NCBI GenBank assembly: GCA_964035545.1
Contig: OZ037772.1
Span: 3,439,538 to 3,503,537 of the forward strand
From: Bugula neritina
Taxonomy: Eukaryota > Animalia > Bryozoa
DNA length: 64,000 bases
Reading direction: 5' to 3'
Within the stretch, counting starts at the first letter, position 1. The number at the start of each line of letters is the position of its first letter. Below, piece by piece: positions 14,297 through 29,115 of this stretch. Both the position numbers and the translations under genes were made by a program. The notes under the pieces are model-generated. The model saw nothing but the letters and a program-made list of their open reading frames with translations. It ran no database searches and was not told where the DNA came from.

Positions 14297-15161
14297 CATG
14301 AAGAAACAACTAAAGGAGGTGCTGGATGGGCAGAAAAAACTGATGGCTATAATCACTGATAGCCATAGTGGCAAAGACAATATAACTGAGCAGCTGGAGG
14401 AGCCGCTAAAAACAATACAAGAGTTTGAATCTCTTGAAGAACTTCTCCAATCCTCAAGAGAAAAACGTTCTGCTCTGGTACATAGTATACTACTATATAA
14501 TATAGATTGTATAGCTAGTTTAAAAACTTTTGGTGTATAACATGCAATATATAACATCCTGGCGTAGTTGATATTAGAATACAATTTCTAGTGAACTGTA
14601 GATTTTCAAGCTATAAAGTGTGTTTCTCTTATGAAATGTTTCTCATTAAAGTGTTAGAAAAAATATTTGCCCCACTGCAATAGCACATTGAATGTATTCA
14701 CGTAAATTCATGCTATGAAATATAGGTGCAATAATGTTGTAAACAAAGTTTCTTTTCCAACTGGGAGGAAAAAACTGCGCAGATATGGTGAAAAGAGCCA
14801 TGAGAAGAATTGGCACCAATGGGCTGTGGAGCCAATTCAGTATGAAGGGCAAAGCCCATAAACAACATAAAAAGCTGTCTCTAAAAATATATTGAAATAA
14901 AATCTGTATCAAAACTTATCAAATCTCTGGGGCTGCATCAGCAGTTAGAATAGTTGTTGAGTTGTTGAGTTTAGAATAATTGCTCATCTAAAAATTTACT
15001 GCATTCACTAAGTTTTACTTTCTAATTATATTTCAGAAGCTCTGCTGAAAAGTAAAAGTAATAAAGAAATAGACATAGAGATTGAAGTATCGCTATTTTT
15101 GCCGCAGTGCCCTTATCAACTGGGAGGGGATAAGTATAAAAAGACAAGTTTGCAAGATGAG
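14297..15161 (+). pseudogene. DUF4806-like protein relic (transposon accessory ORF); last exon also at 1-101
   Basis: Exon 14297-14477: MKKQLKEVLDGQKK...PLKTIQEFESLEELL. Exon ~14745-14910: LGGKNCADMVKRAMRRIGTNGLWSQFSMKGK..K, a DUF4806-like pattern with a stop. Exon 15037-15161: ...EIEVSLFL.QCP..LGG. Confidence 0.6.
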
Positions 15162-15202
15162 GTTTTTGTTCTGTTGTTTTTCATTTTTCTTAACAAAATA
15201 AA

Positions 15203-15407
15203 GTAGCCATTACAGAGATCGGTGTAGGATCGCCAACCTTTCACCAACGTTGTATGAAAACCATTTATGCAACGTTATGCAACACAACGATTATGGAACG
15301 TCGGTGAAAATTTTGCGATAAACGTTTGTTTTAAAAGTTGTATATAGTACAAAAATGTGTCGAAATTTAAACGTTTATTAAACAATTTGTAAATTGTTGG
15401 TGGAGTG
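15203..15407 (+). mobile_element. Second copy of the CACTA/EnSpm-like terminus
   Basis: Duplicate of 770-975. Confidence 0.45.
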
Positions 15408-15737
15408 ATTGTTAAAGAACTAGGGGGATGTTTTGATGGCTCTATAACTGAACCTGAAGAATCAGCTAGTGCTATACTAGACTGACTATACAAAGATATT
15501 AAGCAAGGCTATGTCAATTATTGTACTCGCGATAATTTGCTATATCTCATAACCAGCTGCACAGAACCAAAGCAAGCAAGGGGCACTTTACAAAAACACA
15601 GAATCAGAAAGCAAGTCAGGAAACTGACAGTGCCTTCCTCCTATCAAAAAGGGAGACAATCAACTATACTAACCAAAAAAATACTTAAACTGACACTTCA
15701 TCTAAATTCGTCAAAATAAAAAATAGTTGTTGTAAAC

Positions 15738-16558
15738 ATGACAACTGCACAAGATGGTGCAGAGTTGTCCACCCAATGGTCTTGCTTCAAGGAAGAGTTC
15801 AACTATTATCTAATAGCCTCAAAAAAATCTGATAAAGAGGATAAAATAAAAATGGCCATTCTAATGCGGACTATTAGACCGAGAGGTGTGGACATATTCA
15901 AAAGTTTCAAGTTTGGGGAAGGAGAATATAAAGATGTTTACAAGGATGTCCTATATAGGAAAATTTGACAACTTTTGTAAAATGACCTCTAACAAAATAA
16001 TCAAAAGACATCAACTGCTATCGACAAAACAGGAATGCTTATCAATAGATGAGTATGTCACCAACTTACATAGGATCGTCAGAAAATGTGACTTTGGTGA
16101 CATGTATGCTGATTTTTTTATGCAGGCCTTTCTTCTTGGCATCAACGACACGAACAACTTTGTGGAAAATTGTTTGAGGAGTCAGAAAACATAGACCTCA
16201 AAAAAGCTATTACAAGTGCAAAGTGGCTGAGAGCTCTCAGAGTGATATGAAGACTATCAAATCGGAAGGAGAATCAATTCATACACTTGGTCTCAAGGCC
16301 GCTAAGGCAAACAAAAGTGCCAAACTGTACTCACGCACAACTGACAAGGAAGCGAATAATCCTGCCAAGTCTAACTGTAGAAACTGTGGCAACTCTCATC
16401 CTTCCGAAAATGCTTACGGTAAACAGTGTAGTAACTGCAAGAAATCCAACCACTTCAGAGCAGTCTGCAGATCCAGGAAAAACGGCAGAATAAATGCAGG
16501 CACTGGACACATAGCTAAAACATTAAAGGTTTACCTGCAATGTTTTTACCTTTTTTAG
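15738..16558 (+). pseudogene. Degenerate Ty3/Gypsy gag relic (duplicate)
   Basis: Same sequence and same frameshifts as 1305-2101. Confidence 0.85.
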
Positions 16559-19500
16559 GTTAAATGCAATAAAAAGAAGTGCAGTGTCAAATATACATGT
16601 AGCTTCAAATAGACTTGCACTCATGGCAACTGAAATTCATGGACAATAATAGTTCTATACTCAAAATACGTGCAGATAAGTCAGTAATAAGTCTAAAGTT
16701 GTGTTTATACCTCTCCTGAACAAAGTATTTGTGTTTCAGTTAATAACACTCTTCAGAGTGCACCCTTATATAGTCTTACTGAAACTTGGTGACATTTCAA
16801 CTTGAATTTAATTGCTGACTAAAAATTTGGAAGGTATAAATGCAACTTAGCAAATATTACCTAAAAACCCTATCTAATAAAATAGTTGTGAAGTTTTAGC
16901 TACATGTAACATTTTAATAGACAAAATTACAATCACCCACCCTAGTGCTTACAAACTACAAAACCTGGTTTGATAACCGGAATTTTAAATAACAATTCAT
17001 TTCATCAAGATTAGAATTAAAATAAATTTTTTATGGCATTCTCACCAAATAAAGATTCGCTGTCATTGTCCAACTTTGCTCTTTTAATCAAATTATTAAA
17101 AGCACTTTGAACGATAGAAGCTGAGTCTACAAAAGAAGGAAGATGCATGTAAATACAATTTTATATCTGAGTGTTATTCCGTGCATTTAATCCAAAAATG
17201 TTAATAAGAAAAACTGAAGGCTACTGAGTGTGTGTTACAAAAATGTTATATAAAGCCTGAGATCATGCTTTAAAACACTTTAAATATTGCATAATATATA
17301 TTAAATCAAATAAGTACAGGATCAAAATATATATAGATATTATAATTTATTATATGTATAAATATACATGAAGTGCTAGCATAATGTAGCTAATATTTTA
17401 TATTATGATAAGCCATAAGTGATCATTATAATTTTAAACAGTGTATAAGTTCGCAGTCTAAATACAATAAATAGATAGCTGTTGTCCATATTTTCAATGC
17501 AAGCTGATTAGAAATTGCCAGTGCAGAGTGTGACAGCTGATACTGGTTGCTGTATCAGCTGATAATTGTTGCTGCGTCAGCACGGGTGCTGTTTGGCACG
17601 GATGCCTATGTATTATGATTCACTTAACAAAGGGTGAATGAATTGAGGACACAGATGCAGGCCACAACTGTATTTTTTGTTTATTGCCAACAGTATATTT
17701 TCTAAGTTAGACTTAGACTCGAACTCATACTGATGCTCATACTGTAACCTATAACCATGAGAATTACAAACATCATGTCAACTCAACATTGATTACACAG
17801 CTGACAAAACATTTAGTTGATGAAGTTCAAAACAAAAGATAATATAATACTTGATACTCACAATTAAGTACAGATTGCCTGCATCTTTAGCAGGAGGAAA
17901 ATTGAGCTACACTGACTCATTGAATAAAAACAGCCAGCAAATAGCTATCTCGAAAGCTTTCACAAATAGCTTTCATTTCACAATGGTTTTTGGAAAGCTG
18001 CCAAAACTCCTGCAACACAGAGATCTATATATGGCCTTCAAAGCTATTAAAATATATTTTATAGAGTTTCCAATCACCATTAAAGCAAAGTTTGAGTATA
18101 GTAGGCAATATAATTACTGAACAGACTAACTTTAAATATATATTAACGTAAGAGGTCTAACATTATTCTTAAAAACAAAGTAACAAAAGTAACAATTAGC
18201 TAAAGTTGCTTTCAAAATAAAATAATTATTGACAGGTATACATTATTAAATTAAAATGTTTGGTATTAGATTACATCATATAGTTTTTTTGTAAGCATTA
18301 TGCATGATTGTCTCCCCAATCAACAAGAAGTCATATTATGCAGTTTGATGATTTTAATTATTTAAAAAAGATAATTGTATTTTCAGTAAATTGTTACATA
18401 AAACAAAATTGCACATTTCCTCATAAATTTAACTACAGTTGAAACAACATTATTATTTTTTGGTAAGACTGGAAGAAATTAAAATAATACTCGACCTAAG
18501 AAGATACATACCTTTTGCTGTCTCCAACTTGCTGCTCAACTTTTCATTTTTGCTTTTGGTAAAAACAAGCATTTTTTCTAAGAACTTGGTTATATAGTGG
18601 TTAAAAGTACTATATGGTTTCCCAGCAAGTTTTACTTTGCTGAAATGTAATTTTCCAGTGTCAGAATAGCAGGTTTGACAAAATTTCTTATTTATATACT
18701 GCTATAATAGTAACAGAGAAGATTATCTGTTCCTGCAATTACTTCTACTAAGGTCTAGAGAGAGAGTGCATCCCTATAATTATGCAAAAGATAATAAACC
18801 CTTTGTAGTTCTGTAGTTTCTTTTCATCATCATAATAATCAGGAAGCTTAAGTAAGCTTAAAAGTTTTTAATGTACTAAAAATGGCTGCCAAGAGTTGTA
18901 CTTTAGTTTGAGCCTTATAAAAAAAACCCTGGAATTAGCCTATTTGGCCGCAACTTCAAAAGCACTGTCATAATTATAAATTCTTTTGAAGAAGTTTACC
19001 CTCAAATACTGTATACAATAAAGAAAAATCTTCAAGCTAGGTGTTCTATTTTTCTTGGTTTTGTGTTATCTCAGTACATGCAAAGTTTATAGTTTCTATG
19101 AGAGACCTTTTTCAACTGGCTGAGCATAATAGCTGAAGATTTTGTCTGCTGTCACTACAACGTGAACTTTTATAATAGGAGATGTTAAGAAATGCTTGCA
19201 GCTTACTTTTGCGACTATAAATATTAGACCCTGTAGCATATAAGATACACCAAGTTTCATTCACAATAAACCTAATGGGAATCAAGAGATAATAAATTCA
19301 AAGTTATTACCACATATTATTGAAAATTATCTATACATGTCTTACTTTTTTTTTGTGTAAGTAATCATATTATATGACTAGCAAGAAATTTAGATTTTGA
19401 TATTCACCCATTGCGTGAACAATATTTTTTCTAACTGAATTATTTTACTTGAAAAATTTTCAAAACAGGTAAACCAATTCAGCAACTAGTTTTAAAGTTT

Positions 19501-22500
19501 GAAAAAGGCATGTAGCACCAGTGCTACACTGGTCGTCTGTCTCTAAGAGTAACAATTCAGTTTAATTCCAATTGGCAACTCCCCTCCATATAAACTCCAA
19601 ACAATATATTCTACTTGAACTGCTATATTTAAAAACATTAGAAAATGAAAATCATACTTTTTATAAATAGTATGTATAGTAACTTTCATAAAATAAGCAA
19701 GCGCTTTGCTGGGAATATTTTGTTGCATGCAATTAATAGAAACTGGGGGAACCCTGAGTATGTCTCATGTAAACACAGTTGGAGCAAATACACCAGTTAA
19801 CTGTAGAATGGCTAAATATTTGCAGCTATAATAACGCCTCTAAACAATTCAACTAAAAAGTAGACATGAATGTGGACATTGTAGCTATTTGGTTATAATT
19901 AGTATAATAGCTAAGCTGTGAATTTGCTCTTATCCTTACTAATTGACAGACAAAGTAAGAATTTAAAAGTAAAAATTCAAAGAATAAAATCTTTTAATAA
20001 CCCCATACCCCAATACATTAGGCCAGGAACTACGACAAATTAAAACAAATAATGGCTGTCTTAAATTTGCCTATAAATTTTTTGCGGCTACTTACATTTT
20101 TCTTTCATATATTGAAGAAGACACAATTAGTGACAGTTTAGAATTAGCAAAAGCTAGCAACTGTAAGACATGTAGTATTAATCAAGTAGCTAACCTATTA
20201 CACAGGAAACTTGACAAATAAAATTTTCTGCTTCAGCAAGAGAAGTTTAAGTTTTTTACCACCTTGTCTCATTAAATGCTTGAATATTTTATGTGTATAA
20301 ACACCTAAAGTAAGTTTGTGATTTGAAATTAATGGCAAAAGTTTAGACTCAACTAATTGACTATTGCCTTTTTTGGCCTGGGCCAAGGCTAAACAACTTA
20401 ATTAACTACTAAAAGTTTGTGGAGAACTCGAACAGCTGACAAATTAAGTAATTTTAGAGGTAATGGTTTTCATTATAGAGTTAATAACAGGTTTCAACCT
20501 TATAGAGATACACAGAGGGCGACATAAGGGCAATGACAACTATAATAAGTATAACATAGGACATGAAGTTTGAAGTAATTCTGATGACAACTCCCCAAGA
20601 ATCAATATTATACTTAACAAATGTAAACTTTGAACACATCTCTTTAACTTGCTGAAACTGCATACCAGCATACCAGCAAGAAATCTTTCAATGAAGATTA
20701 ATTGCATTTTGTAAAACTGTTTGATGTTGCCGTGCAACTGTGACTGAATAAGGAAACATAGAGCAAGCCATTTTTTGTAAAACTAATCATCGATAAAGTA
20801 CAGAATAAGTCATGAAAAGTTGTATAATTTTGTATTTTATACCGAAAAAAGTTTTCTTTACAGGTAGTTAAATTATTATTTTGGTTGTTGAAAGGACAAC
20901 TGTTATATTGACTCTAATAGTTTCACTTGAAGCTTTCCTGCAGTGTAGCAGTGCTTGTTCTATCCATTCAGCCAGTTACCTAATTGTTACTTAAAGTCAG
21001 TCAACAACTAAAGTTACTAGTCTGTAGGCTGTTCTATTTACTCTAGGGCCTAGGCTTTAAAAATGAAGAACTTCATTCTCCACCATCCAACACTTGTAAC
21101 CTATTGATAGTCCAGGGTGCTTTGCTTGCCATACTCTGGCTTACAGACAGAGAATTAAAATTGCTTTTTATTACTGGGTACCTGTTATATTTTGCTCTCA
21201 CGAGATAAATAAGTTTTAAAATATGCTAAAAGTATAAAAAGTATAGAAACATTTTTAATGGTAGCACCATACTTTGTTGTCCAGTTCGTATCTCTATCCT
21301 AATATTTTGCGTTATTATTATTATTATCAATTTGTGAAAAGAGGTACTGAAAGAGCTTTTTATGAAACTTTGAAACATTTACCCCATACACAACTTACTG
21401 GATTGCTCTGTATCACAGTAGGCTAGCGGCAAAGCTAGCCAAAATTGCCTATTCTGAAGTCTAGCTTTTGTGAAAATTGGCAAGCTTTAGTTAATAACCT
21501 GTAATTATATAGCCAAGTTGTTTAATTAAGATTTAAAGTAGCATTGTGTTACACACAATAGTTTCAGAAAACAATTGAAAGAAAAGTTCAATAATATATT
21601 ACTAAAATACCAGGAAAGTCTTGCTGATGTTTATAAAGCATGCATTAAACATTCTCTATTTCAATGGAAGATGTCTTACACATTGTAGAAGAAAAGTTGT
21701 CTACTTGCCTTAGTTTACAAGGCTATAGCATAATGATAGTAGTAGACTGATACTCAAACAAATTAATTAGGAGGAAATTTGGTGCTTGTCATAAATATTA
21801 TGTTAATTTGGCCCTCTAGCATTAGGACAAAAAGAGAGATAAACCAGTTGCCTATATTGCGAGATTGTGTATAAACTGCTATATACTAGCTTACAAATTG
21901 TTGAGTGCCAATATTTAAATTATCAATATATTTATGCTAGGTAAGGCCAGTAAGAAAATTTAGTTTACCAGTGGTAACTTATATATTTTGACTGCTAGAA
22001 AGTTCAACTGCATTAACAAATAAGCCTCCTTATGCTGTGTAAGATTAAATAAAAAGTACATAAAAGCAGTAACAAAGACAAGTTCTGAAACGTCTGCTCT
22101 TGCAAACAAAATGCCCAATTGCTAAGTGTTGGGAGCAGTTTCGAAGAAGCGTGTATATTATACCACTAATTGTTAACATTCAACCTATAAGTTACCGCTA
22201 AAAATTGAAAAAAAATCCAAGGCACATTCAGAAGCTTGCTAATATATTTCTTTCAAAACAATTGCAATTATAGAGTAATTTGTAGTGTAACGGCTGGATT
22301 TCTAGCCTACAAAAAGTTTCAATAGCTTATAAAATGGGAGACAACAGACGTGCCTCACCTGCCTGCCACAGACGTGTGTCACTTGCAGTAAATGGTAAAT
22401 AATATTATAATGAGTGTTAATGAAAGATGAGCTCTATTACATATTAATGTTATTTTTTACATTTAATTTGGTTCTCACAAGGGATAAATAGAAATTATAA

Positions 22501-23010
22501 AATCTTACTCCTGGGGTCCAACTATGTGAGGCAATTCTAACATTGGCGAATCTCCTTTTGTTCTCAAAAGTGATTACTAGTGGATACAACACTGCATTGA
22601 ATTATTCTGAACTCGTTTAATTAAATACTTGGTATGGTAGAACAAGTATAAATTTTGTTTTAGGATTTAAACTTTGAAATATAATAGATATGCAATTCTA
22701 AAACCCGATTTCATTTCTAGATGTGTAATATATGTTCTACAATTACAGTTTTATACATATGTAACAAATTACATTCAATTACTTGAAAAAAATTAATTGA
22801 TCACAACTAATTACAAATTACAATTTCTCAAACTCTGGTGGTAATGGTTAATAACTGGCAGACTCAAATATCCTGTGTGCAGAAGTTTTCAGGGCTACTG
22901 ATGATATTTAAAAATATTTTCTATTTGGTTTTTCACATTTCTAACTTTTGTCCCCCATATTTAAGGGATAAGAGTATGAAAGCTGGTGTGTACTAAATGA
23001 AGTAAACTGA

Positions 23011-23143
<133 letters not shown>

Positions 23144-24534
23144 CTATAAACATGCGAGTACATAAAGAAAATAACATTCATGCAATTCCACTACAACAAC
23201 TAGTAGTAAATACTGTTTAGTATGAGCTTCTACTAATTTTGCTACGGCATGTAGCTGCATTATAATAAATAGCGAGTTTAGAAGATCCTAAAGCACTTTA
23301 TAGTCGTTTATGCAGAATTTTTCTTTCAGTCCAATATATTAAAGTTATAAAAATTATTTTAGAGAGAACACACACTAACTGAAAGCCAATTCGTTTTCAA
23401 TAAAGTATATCATAGACCTGCATACTTTGTTCAGGAAAGAAGAGAGAGCCACAAAGGAAGAGCCACGCCTACCATGTCTAATGAAAACAGACCTGTCATA
23501 CTAAGTATATAGCTATACAGACCTGCTATACCAAATCAAACTAAAACCTGCCATATTGCACAAAACTGAACCTGCAGTATTGAGCAAAGAGCAACCAATC
23601 AAATATTCCAAGCAAAGAGAAAACAATTCAGCATTGTGGGAAAACCTCCCCAGGGGGATCAGCAAACTCCAACAGCTGGTCAAAGTTTTAGCTACAGAAA
23701 AGGAAGAATTGCCGAGTATTGTGATGATTCAGTGAGGAAAACCGCATGCTTACCTTGTTCTGGTAACCACTACACAACTGTGAAGAGAAAAGGGCTGGAA
23801 AGCTACACAACTTTGAGACATTTCTCATACAGACAGCTGCTCTATAAGAAGTGTTACATAAGAGTTGTGACTATTGACTATTATAGACAGGGTTGTAGGA
23901 ATGTGGACACAGCTTTAGGATTTCTTATTTTAGGAATCCAATACTTTAGTTATGTTATGATAGCATTAATTTAGCAGAAGCATTGGTGGAACTTGATATA
24001 ATGCTTAATTACTACTCAAAGCAGAATAGCTTAGTATTTTTTTTAAAAAGAACATAATATTATTTTAGTATTTTCTTATAAATAAATGTTTATTGTACAC
24101 ACCAATCATGAAAGTCAATTCATTATATGGTATACAAAATTATATCTGTAAATAAACATGTGCATGCTGCAGCTGAAGAATTACAAATAAAATGAGAAGG
24201 AAACAAAACGTATTCAACTGAATGGGTGATCAAATGACATTGCTGTATAAAATGCCGAATCAGGAAAAAGAAAGTATGTGGAAACAAAGCAATACTGAAC
24301 TACAATGTGGCTAACACATACCAGGTCAGCAGAAATAATATCATATTCAATAAATAAAATACCAAGAGGTGTAAAATGTCAATATAAGTACACATAGAAA
24401 AAATAGGTGATATACAGAATAAAAAGTAACAGTTTAATATTGATAAAGCTTTTCATTTTCACACAAACATAATATCTTTACAAGGCATTATTGTATATAT
24501 ATATATTGCAAAGGTGTGGGCCATGGTACTCTGT

Positions 24535-24581
24535 TCTGTGCTGATGAGGGGACAAATCCTGAAACAGCTGCTGTCCACAGA
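24535..24581 (+). ncRNA. Minimal type I hammerhead ribozyme
   Basis: UCUGUG-[CUGAUGA]-GGGGacaaaUCCU-[GAAA]-CAGcugCUG-[UC]-CACAGA. All conserved core bases and stems I, II and III are present. Predicted cleavage is after the GUC at 24573-24575. Confidence 0.85.
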
Positions 24582-24585
24582 GATT

Positions 24586-24589
<4 letters not shown>

Positions 24590-24638
<49 letters not shown>
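24590..24638. repeat. (TA)n tract flanking the hammerhead cassette
   Basis: Seen directly. A shorter TA run (24494-24505) precedes the cassette. Confidence 0.9.
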
Positions 24639-24643
<5 letters not shown>

Positions 24644-25179
24644 CGTATGCTCACGTGGAACTATAGAAGGAAATGTCAGCTAGAAGGAGAAGGAAATGGA
24701 GGTCAAGGCCAGCAAAACAATGTCAAGGTCAACTGGGAAAAAGTAGTTTTAGGTCACGAATTGTCATTCTCAAACATGGCGGCTAGTTTGAGCACACTTC
24801 TGGACTAGAAGAGGAAGGATACGAGGAGACCACAGAGCTCTCTTGGGAGGGAGGTAAAACACGTTTCAGCTACAAAGCGAGAGTTGAAAAGAGAAATAAT
24901 TGGAAAAAGTTGAAATTTTACTCAATTTGATCAAAAATGAACAGATATTATTAAAAAAAAATTCCAGAGATTTTAAAGCTGCTATTCCAGGACAACTATA
25001 GCATATTATAATTATATTATCACCTCAATTATATAATAATCATATTACATGATATATTATATTGTTTATATGCCATATTATAATTATATTATATTATAAT
25101 CATACTATATTATAAATATGGTATATTATTATATTATACTATCAATGTACATGACTTGCACCAAGTAGATGCCAAACGT

Positions 25180-27560
25180 TAACTTTTCTGTGTTGGCAAC
25201 TTGGGGCAGAACTCTTTTGGGTGGAAGGTCTGTAATAGATGGGAAAGAGATGATTTACCGCCCCTAGCAGAGGCGTGATGTCAAGAGAAGAACCCGAGGC
25301 TAAGTTACGACAACTTCTTCTTATGGTGTTGGCGGCTTTGAGAAAGAAAGCTCTGTCGTACTCCTTCCCTGAAGACAGGAAACGGGTCATTGTACTTCCA
25401 TAAACAAAGCATACATGAACTGTATAAGAAGCTCAAACTAACGTCTGTTAATAGTAATGGAAGATATAACAATCCTAATGAGAATTAAAGGCTCTATTAA
25501 TAGTAATCATTAGATATCTGAATTTGAATTGTGGGAGGCTAACGCACTCACCCTGAGTAAACATCAGTTAGAACAGAGCACTGAGGTTATCTCCAATACT
25601 GTTGAGACTAGCTATAGCCTGGGAGCACATATCATATTGCAGCCACGGGTCTACCTTAGTAAGTTTCATACCTTCCAACTGTAAAAAGACGACAGAGCGA
25701 ATAAAAAAGAATAACTGAACAGAGAATACATTCAACAACAGGTGGTTGTCAGGTGGGTGATATTCCTTACTGCTTCTCTCTGATCGCGTGATGTAACAGT
25801 CAAATATGACATCACATGTCAACTCACTATGCACTGCGGGTGGCTGTGACAAGCAGTGCTCCATACTCAGACCACCCACAGTCCAAGCACCTGGAGCACT
25901 GCCCACATATGGACAAGTGACAAGACAAAGTGCTGGGGATAACTAGCAATACAAAGATAATTAACAGTCAGAGTATGAAGCTGGTACTCACCAGTTTGAA
26001 GGTGTTCCCAATATAAACTTTCTAACTGGTTAGAAAGGATTGCACTTGGTTGAGGACTCTGTTAACAGCACCATAAATATCCTCTTTAGCGTGGCAGTTG
26101 CCGGCACCTGCACAACATGAAATAACTACCACCTGCTATTCGTTGACATATGTGAGACCAGTTGCTAGTGACATCAAATGACAAGTACTTGGTTAGCAAA
26201 TTTATACAAAGATGAGAGTTCTACTGTCACTTGATCAAAGGTTGCGACACTCTTCGCCTAGTGTGACTCATAAATTATATATGACTTAGGCTAGCAGGTG
26301 AGCATGAGCTCATTTTATAAGCTATGTAGCTCAAAACTATGCAAGCATCCTACCATAAAGAGACACCACTATACACCGCACCATTGGTATGAGAGTCTTC
26401 ATAAGAACTAAAGCTACACTCAAGCCCAACCAGCATGATAGAATATATCGCAGACACTTACTATTGCACATATAGTCTATGGATGAGAGGGTTGCAGTTG
26501 GCTTCTCTGTAGATGTATGGATACATTGAGCAAGGGCACCTTGGGCACATGCCATGGGCACATCTGTTGACAGCTGTCAAGTACATGACAGTACATATTA
26601 ATGCACTGCCTTATCTATGTTACCCAGTAGTGCCTGCAAACAAATATGGAAATATTACTTAGGAAATGAGCAGAATTCTTTTTATTTTAGAGATTTTACA
26701 TATTCTTACATTAACAAAGGCATAAATTTTGAACATCTACATAAAATATTAGAGATATCTTAAATTTTTCTGCAAAATCTGTAAGCTGAACACCAAAAAA
26801 AAAAGTTTTGGCCCAACATAAAATGTCAACCATTGGAGAATCTTCTGGCTCTATAAGTTTGTATCATGAGGATGTATTTAATACGATGTTACGTGATTAT
26901 ATGGAGTTGTAACCACAATACAAAATAGTGATAGTTTTGAGCAATAAGTCTTATATTATTATATGAACTTATGGAGAAACAGCATCTTGGGAACATAGGC
27001 TTTACATTACTATATTACAATACATACACATGTATAACAGAAGTTGAACAAAATATTTTTAGATTCCTATCCTAAAAATCTCAAATTTCAAGTCAGTTGG
27101 TTCTACACTGTTCAGTGGAATGCTTTTTTTTAAACAAACAAAGTGTTATTTACATTCATTAATTTTAGTTGCTAAGAGAGCTAAGGTTGCAGATAGTTCT
27201 TTTCCTTTCAGATAAAACGTGTTACATATGCATATAAATATGTTCAACTGATGATAGCAATTAAAATACAAATACCTTGCAACATAAAATAACACAACAC
27301 CTGCAAAATACTGCTTACAATAGAATTTGCAGCTCAAACTGTAATACTGAGTTTACCCTGTGGCCCCTGTAGTGTAATGGTAGCACGCTAGCGGGTGGAA
27401 AAGTTTTTAATTAAGTTCTGGGTTTGCAATGCAATTATAGGACTCACCTGCTGACGCTGCTTTGTAGCTCTCCAGAATGCTGCCAGCAGAGATTCTACAC
27501 AACTCACACTGCCGCAGTATGCAGTCAAACACCTTCCTGCTCCCTGCATTGGTTGCTATA
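25180..27560 (-). pseudogene. Unidentified multi-exon gene relic (duplicate with two extra exons)
   Basis: Paralog of the 11270-13310 exons, plus exons at ~25530-25680 (LEGMKLTKVDPWLQYDMCSQ...) and ~25780-25935. Confidence 0.5.
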
Positions 27561-27691
27561 AACAGTACAGAGCTATACGTATGAGATAAGAGTGGACTAA
27601 CAGAGTAGTCTCTGAGAATATATACAAGGTATATGATCAGAGAGGAGATTACTCCAAAACAGCCGAAACTAGGTTGGTGTGAAAATAACAC

Positions 27692-27890
27692 GACTTAATT
27701 AATGACTTTAGTAGCAATGACTTCATTAGCAATGACTCAATTAGCAATGACTCAATTAGTAATGACTTAAATAGTAATGACCTAAATAGTAATTACTTAA
27801 TTAGTGACGACTGCAACTTATATAGTAATGGCAGTATTAGTAATGATTTAATGAGTAACAGCAGTAATAGCAATGACTTTTGCTTTAGTA
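27692..27890. repeat. Degenerate ~15-bp tandem repeat (TAGYAATGACT...)
   Basis: Repeated AATGACT units. Confidence 0.7.
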
Positions 27891-28823
27891 ATTGAATTTT
27901 TTGTAAAAACGGTGACAAACAATTGAGTGAAGACAAAAAAACAGAAACATAACCAGTACCTTTATTTTTTTGTAGACTGTAGGAGACGAAATCTTTGCAC
28001 ATGGAGAACATGGTACTGGAAGACATGAGTTTTGACCTTGACCTGCTTCTGACCTTCATAGATGGACACTAGCTGTTGATTGGCTGAAGCAGAGTTGAAG
28101 ACTAACTTCTACACACGATAATTAAAAAACTAAAATGAAAATGCATATTTTCAATATCGTCTGGTACATGCTTTAATTATGGCAGACACAAGGCATGCAC
28201 AGAGAAAGATAATTTCTTAAGTAGATACTGTGGGTAATGTTGATGTGGACACTATGAACAATGCAAGTATTATACAGGAGTTGTCTACTCTTTGAAAACA
28301 GATAACTTGCTGTAGGCATTGACTTGAGTTGACTGAGTTTATTGCCTTCCCTTATAAGAAGAGCGACCTTATAAAGGTCAGTTTTACCCCGCTCTACAAA
28401 AAATAGGAGTAAATTAGACTAACATTATACTGGGTTATTTTATCATGTAGTTTTCTTATCATATACGATACAACTCATTAGGATCTGGTAGTAGAAAAAT
28501 ATAAAAAAGATATTTTAATTTAGGAGGAAAAACTGAAAAGTCACCAAAACCGAAGATGAGGTCGATCTAGCCGTATATTAAGAAAATTCTCACAACAAAG
28601 TAATTCGCAATGAAGGGTCAGAGGTCAGGCATACACCAAGTCTAGCAAATTTATTATCTTTAACAGCCTCTCAATGCCAAAATGCTATGGTAGTTGACTT
28701 GAATACAACTATCGCTGAATTGATTTTACAATGTTGGACAAATATTTCATACAACAATCATTCAATTTTTTGTAAAAAAGATACATCAATAAGTCAAGCA
28801 TTAAGTTACTTCTTGTTAGATAT

Positions 28824-29115
28824 TGTGGTGGCTCGTGGAGCTACCAGCAGCGAAATACACAGGGTCACGTAATTGACCCGGAACAACGGACAGCCAATTA
28901 GCGACACTGATAGTTAGTAGCAGTAGTTAGTTTTCCCGCTGTTAGTCAGTCGAAGATAAAGTGCTAATTGATATAGATGTGTGGAATTACTGAATGTACT
29001 TGTATAGTTTTTGTAATGTATTCTTGTGTTTAGAAATATACTCGTATTCACTCGACTTATCCTGGTGAAGTTCTCTAGCAAGTAAATAGACTCTTTGGAT
29101 TGCATATCAACCTTG
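28824..29115 (+). mobile_element. Solo or truncated LTR related to the LTR of Gypsy element B
   Basis: TGTGGTGGCTCGTGGAGCTACCAGCAGC...GTAATTGACCCGGAACAA...GCATATCAACC aligns with the reverse complement of 43120-43425. The 3' end and TSD are not resolved. Confidence 0.85.
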
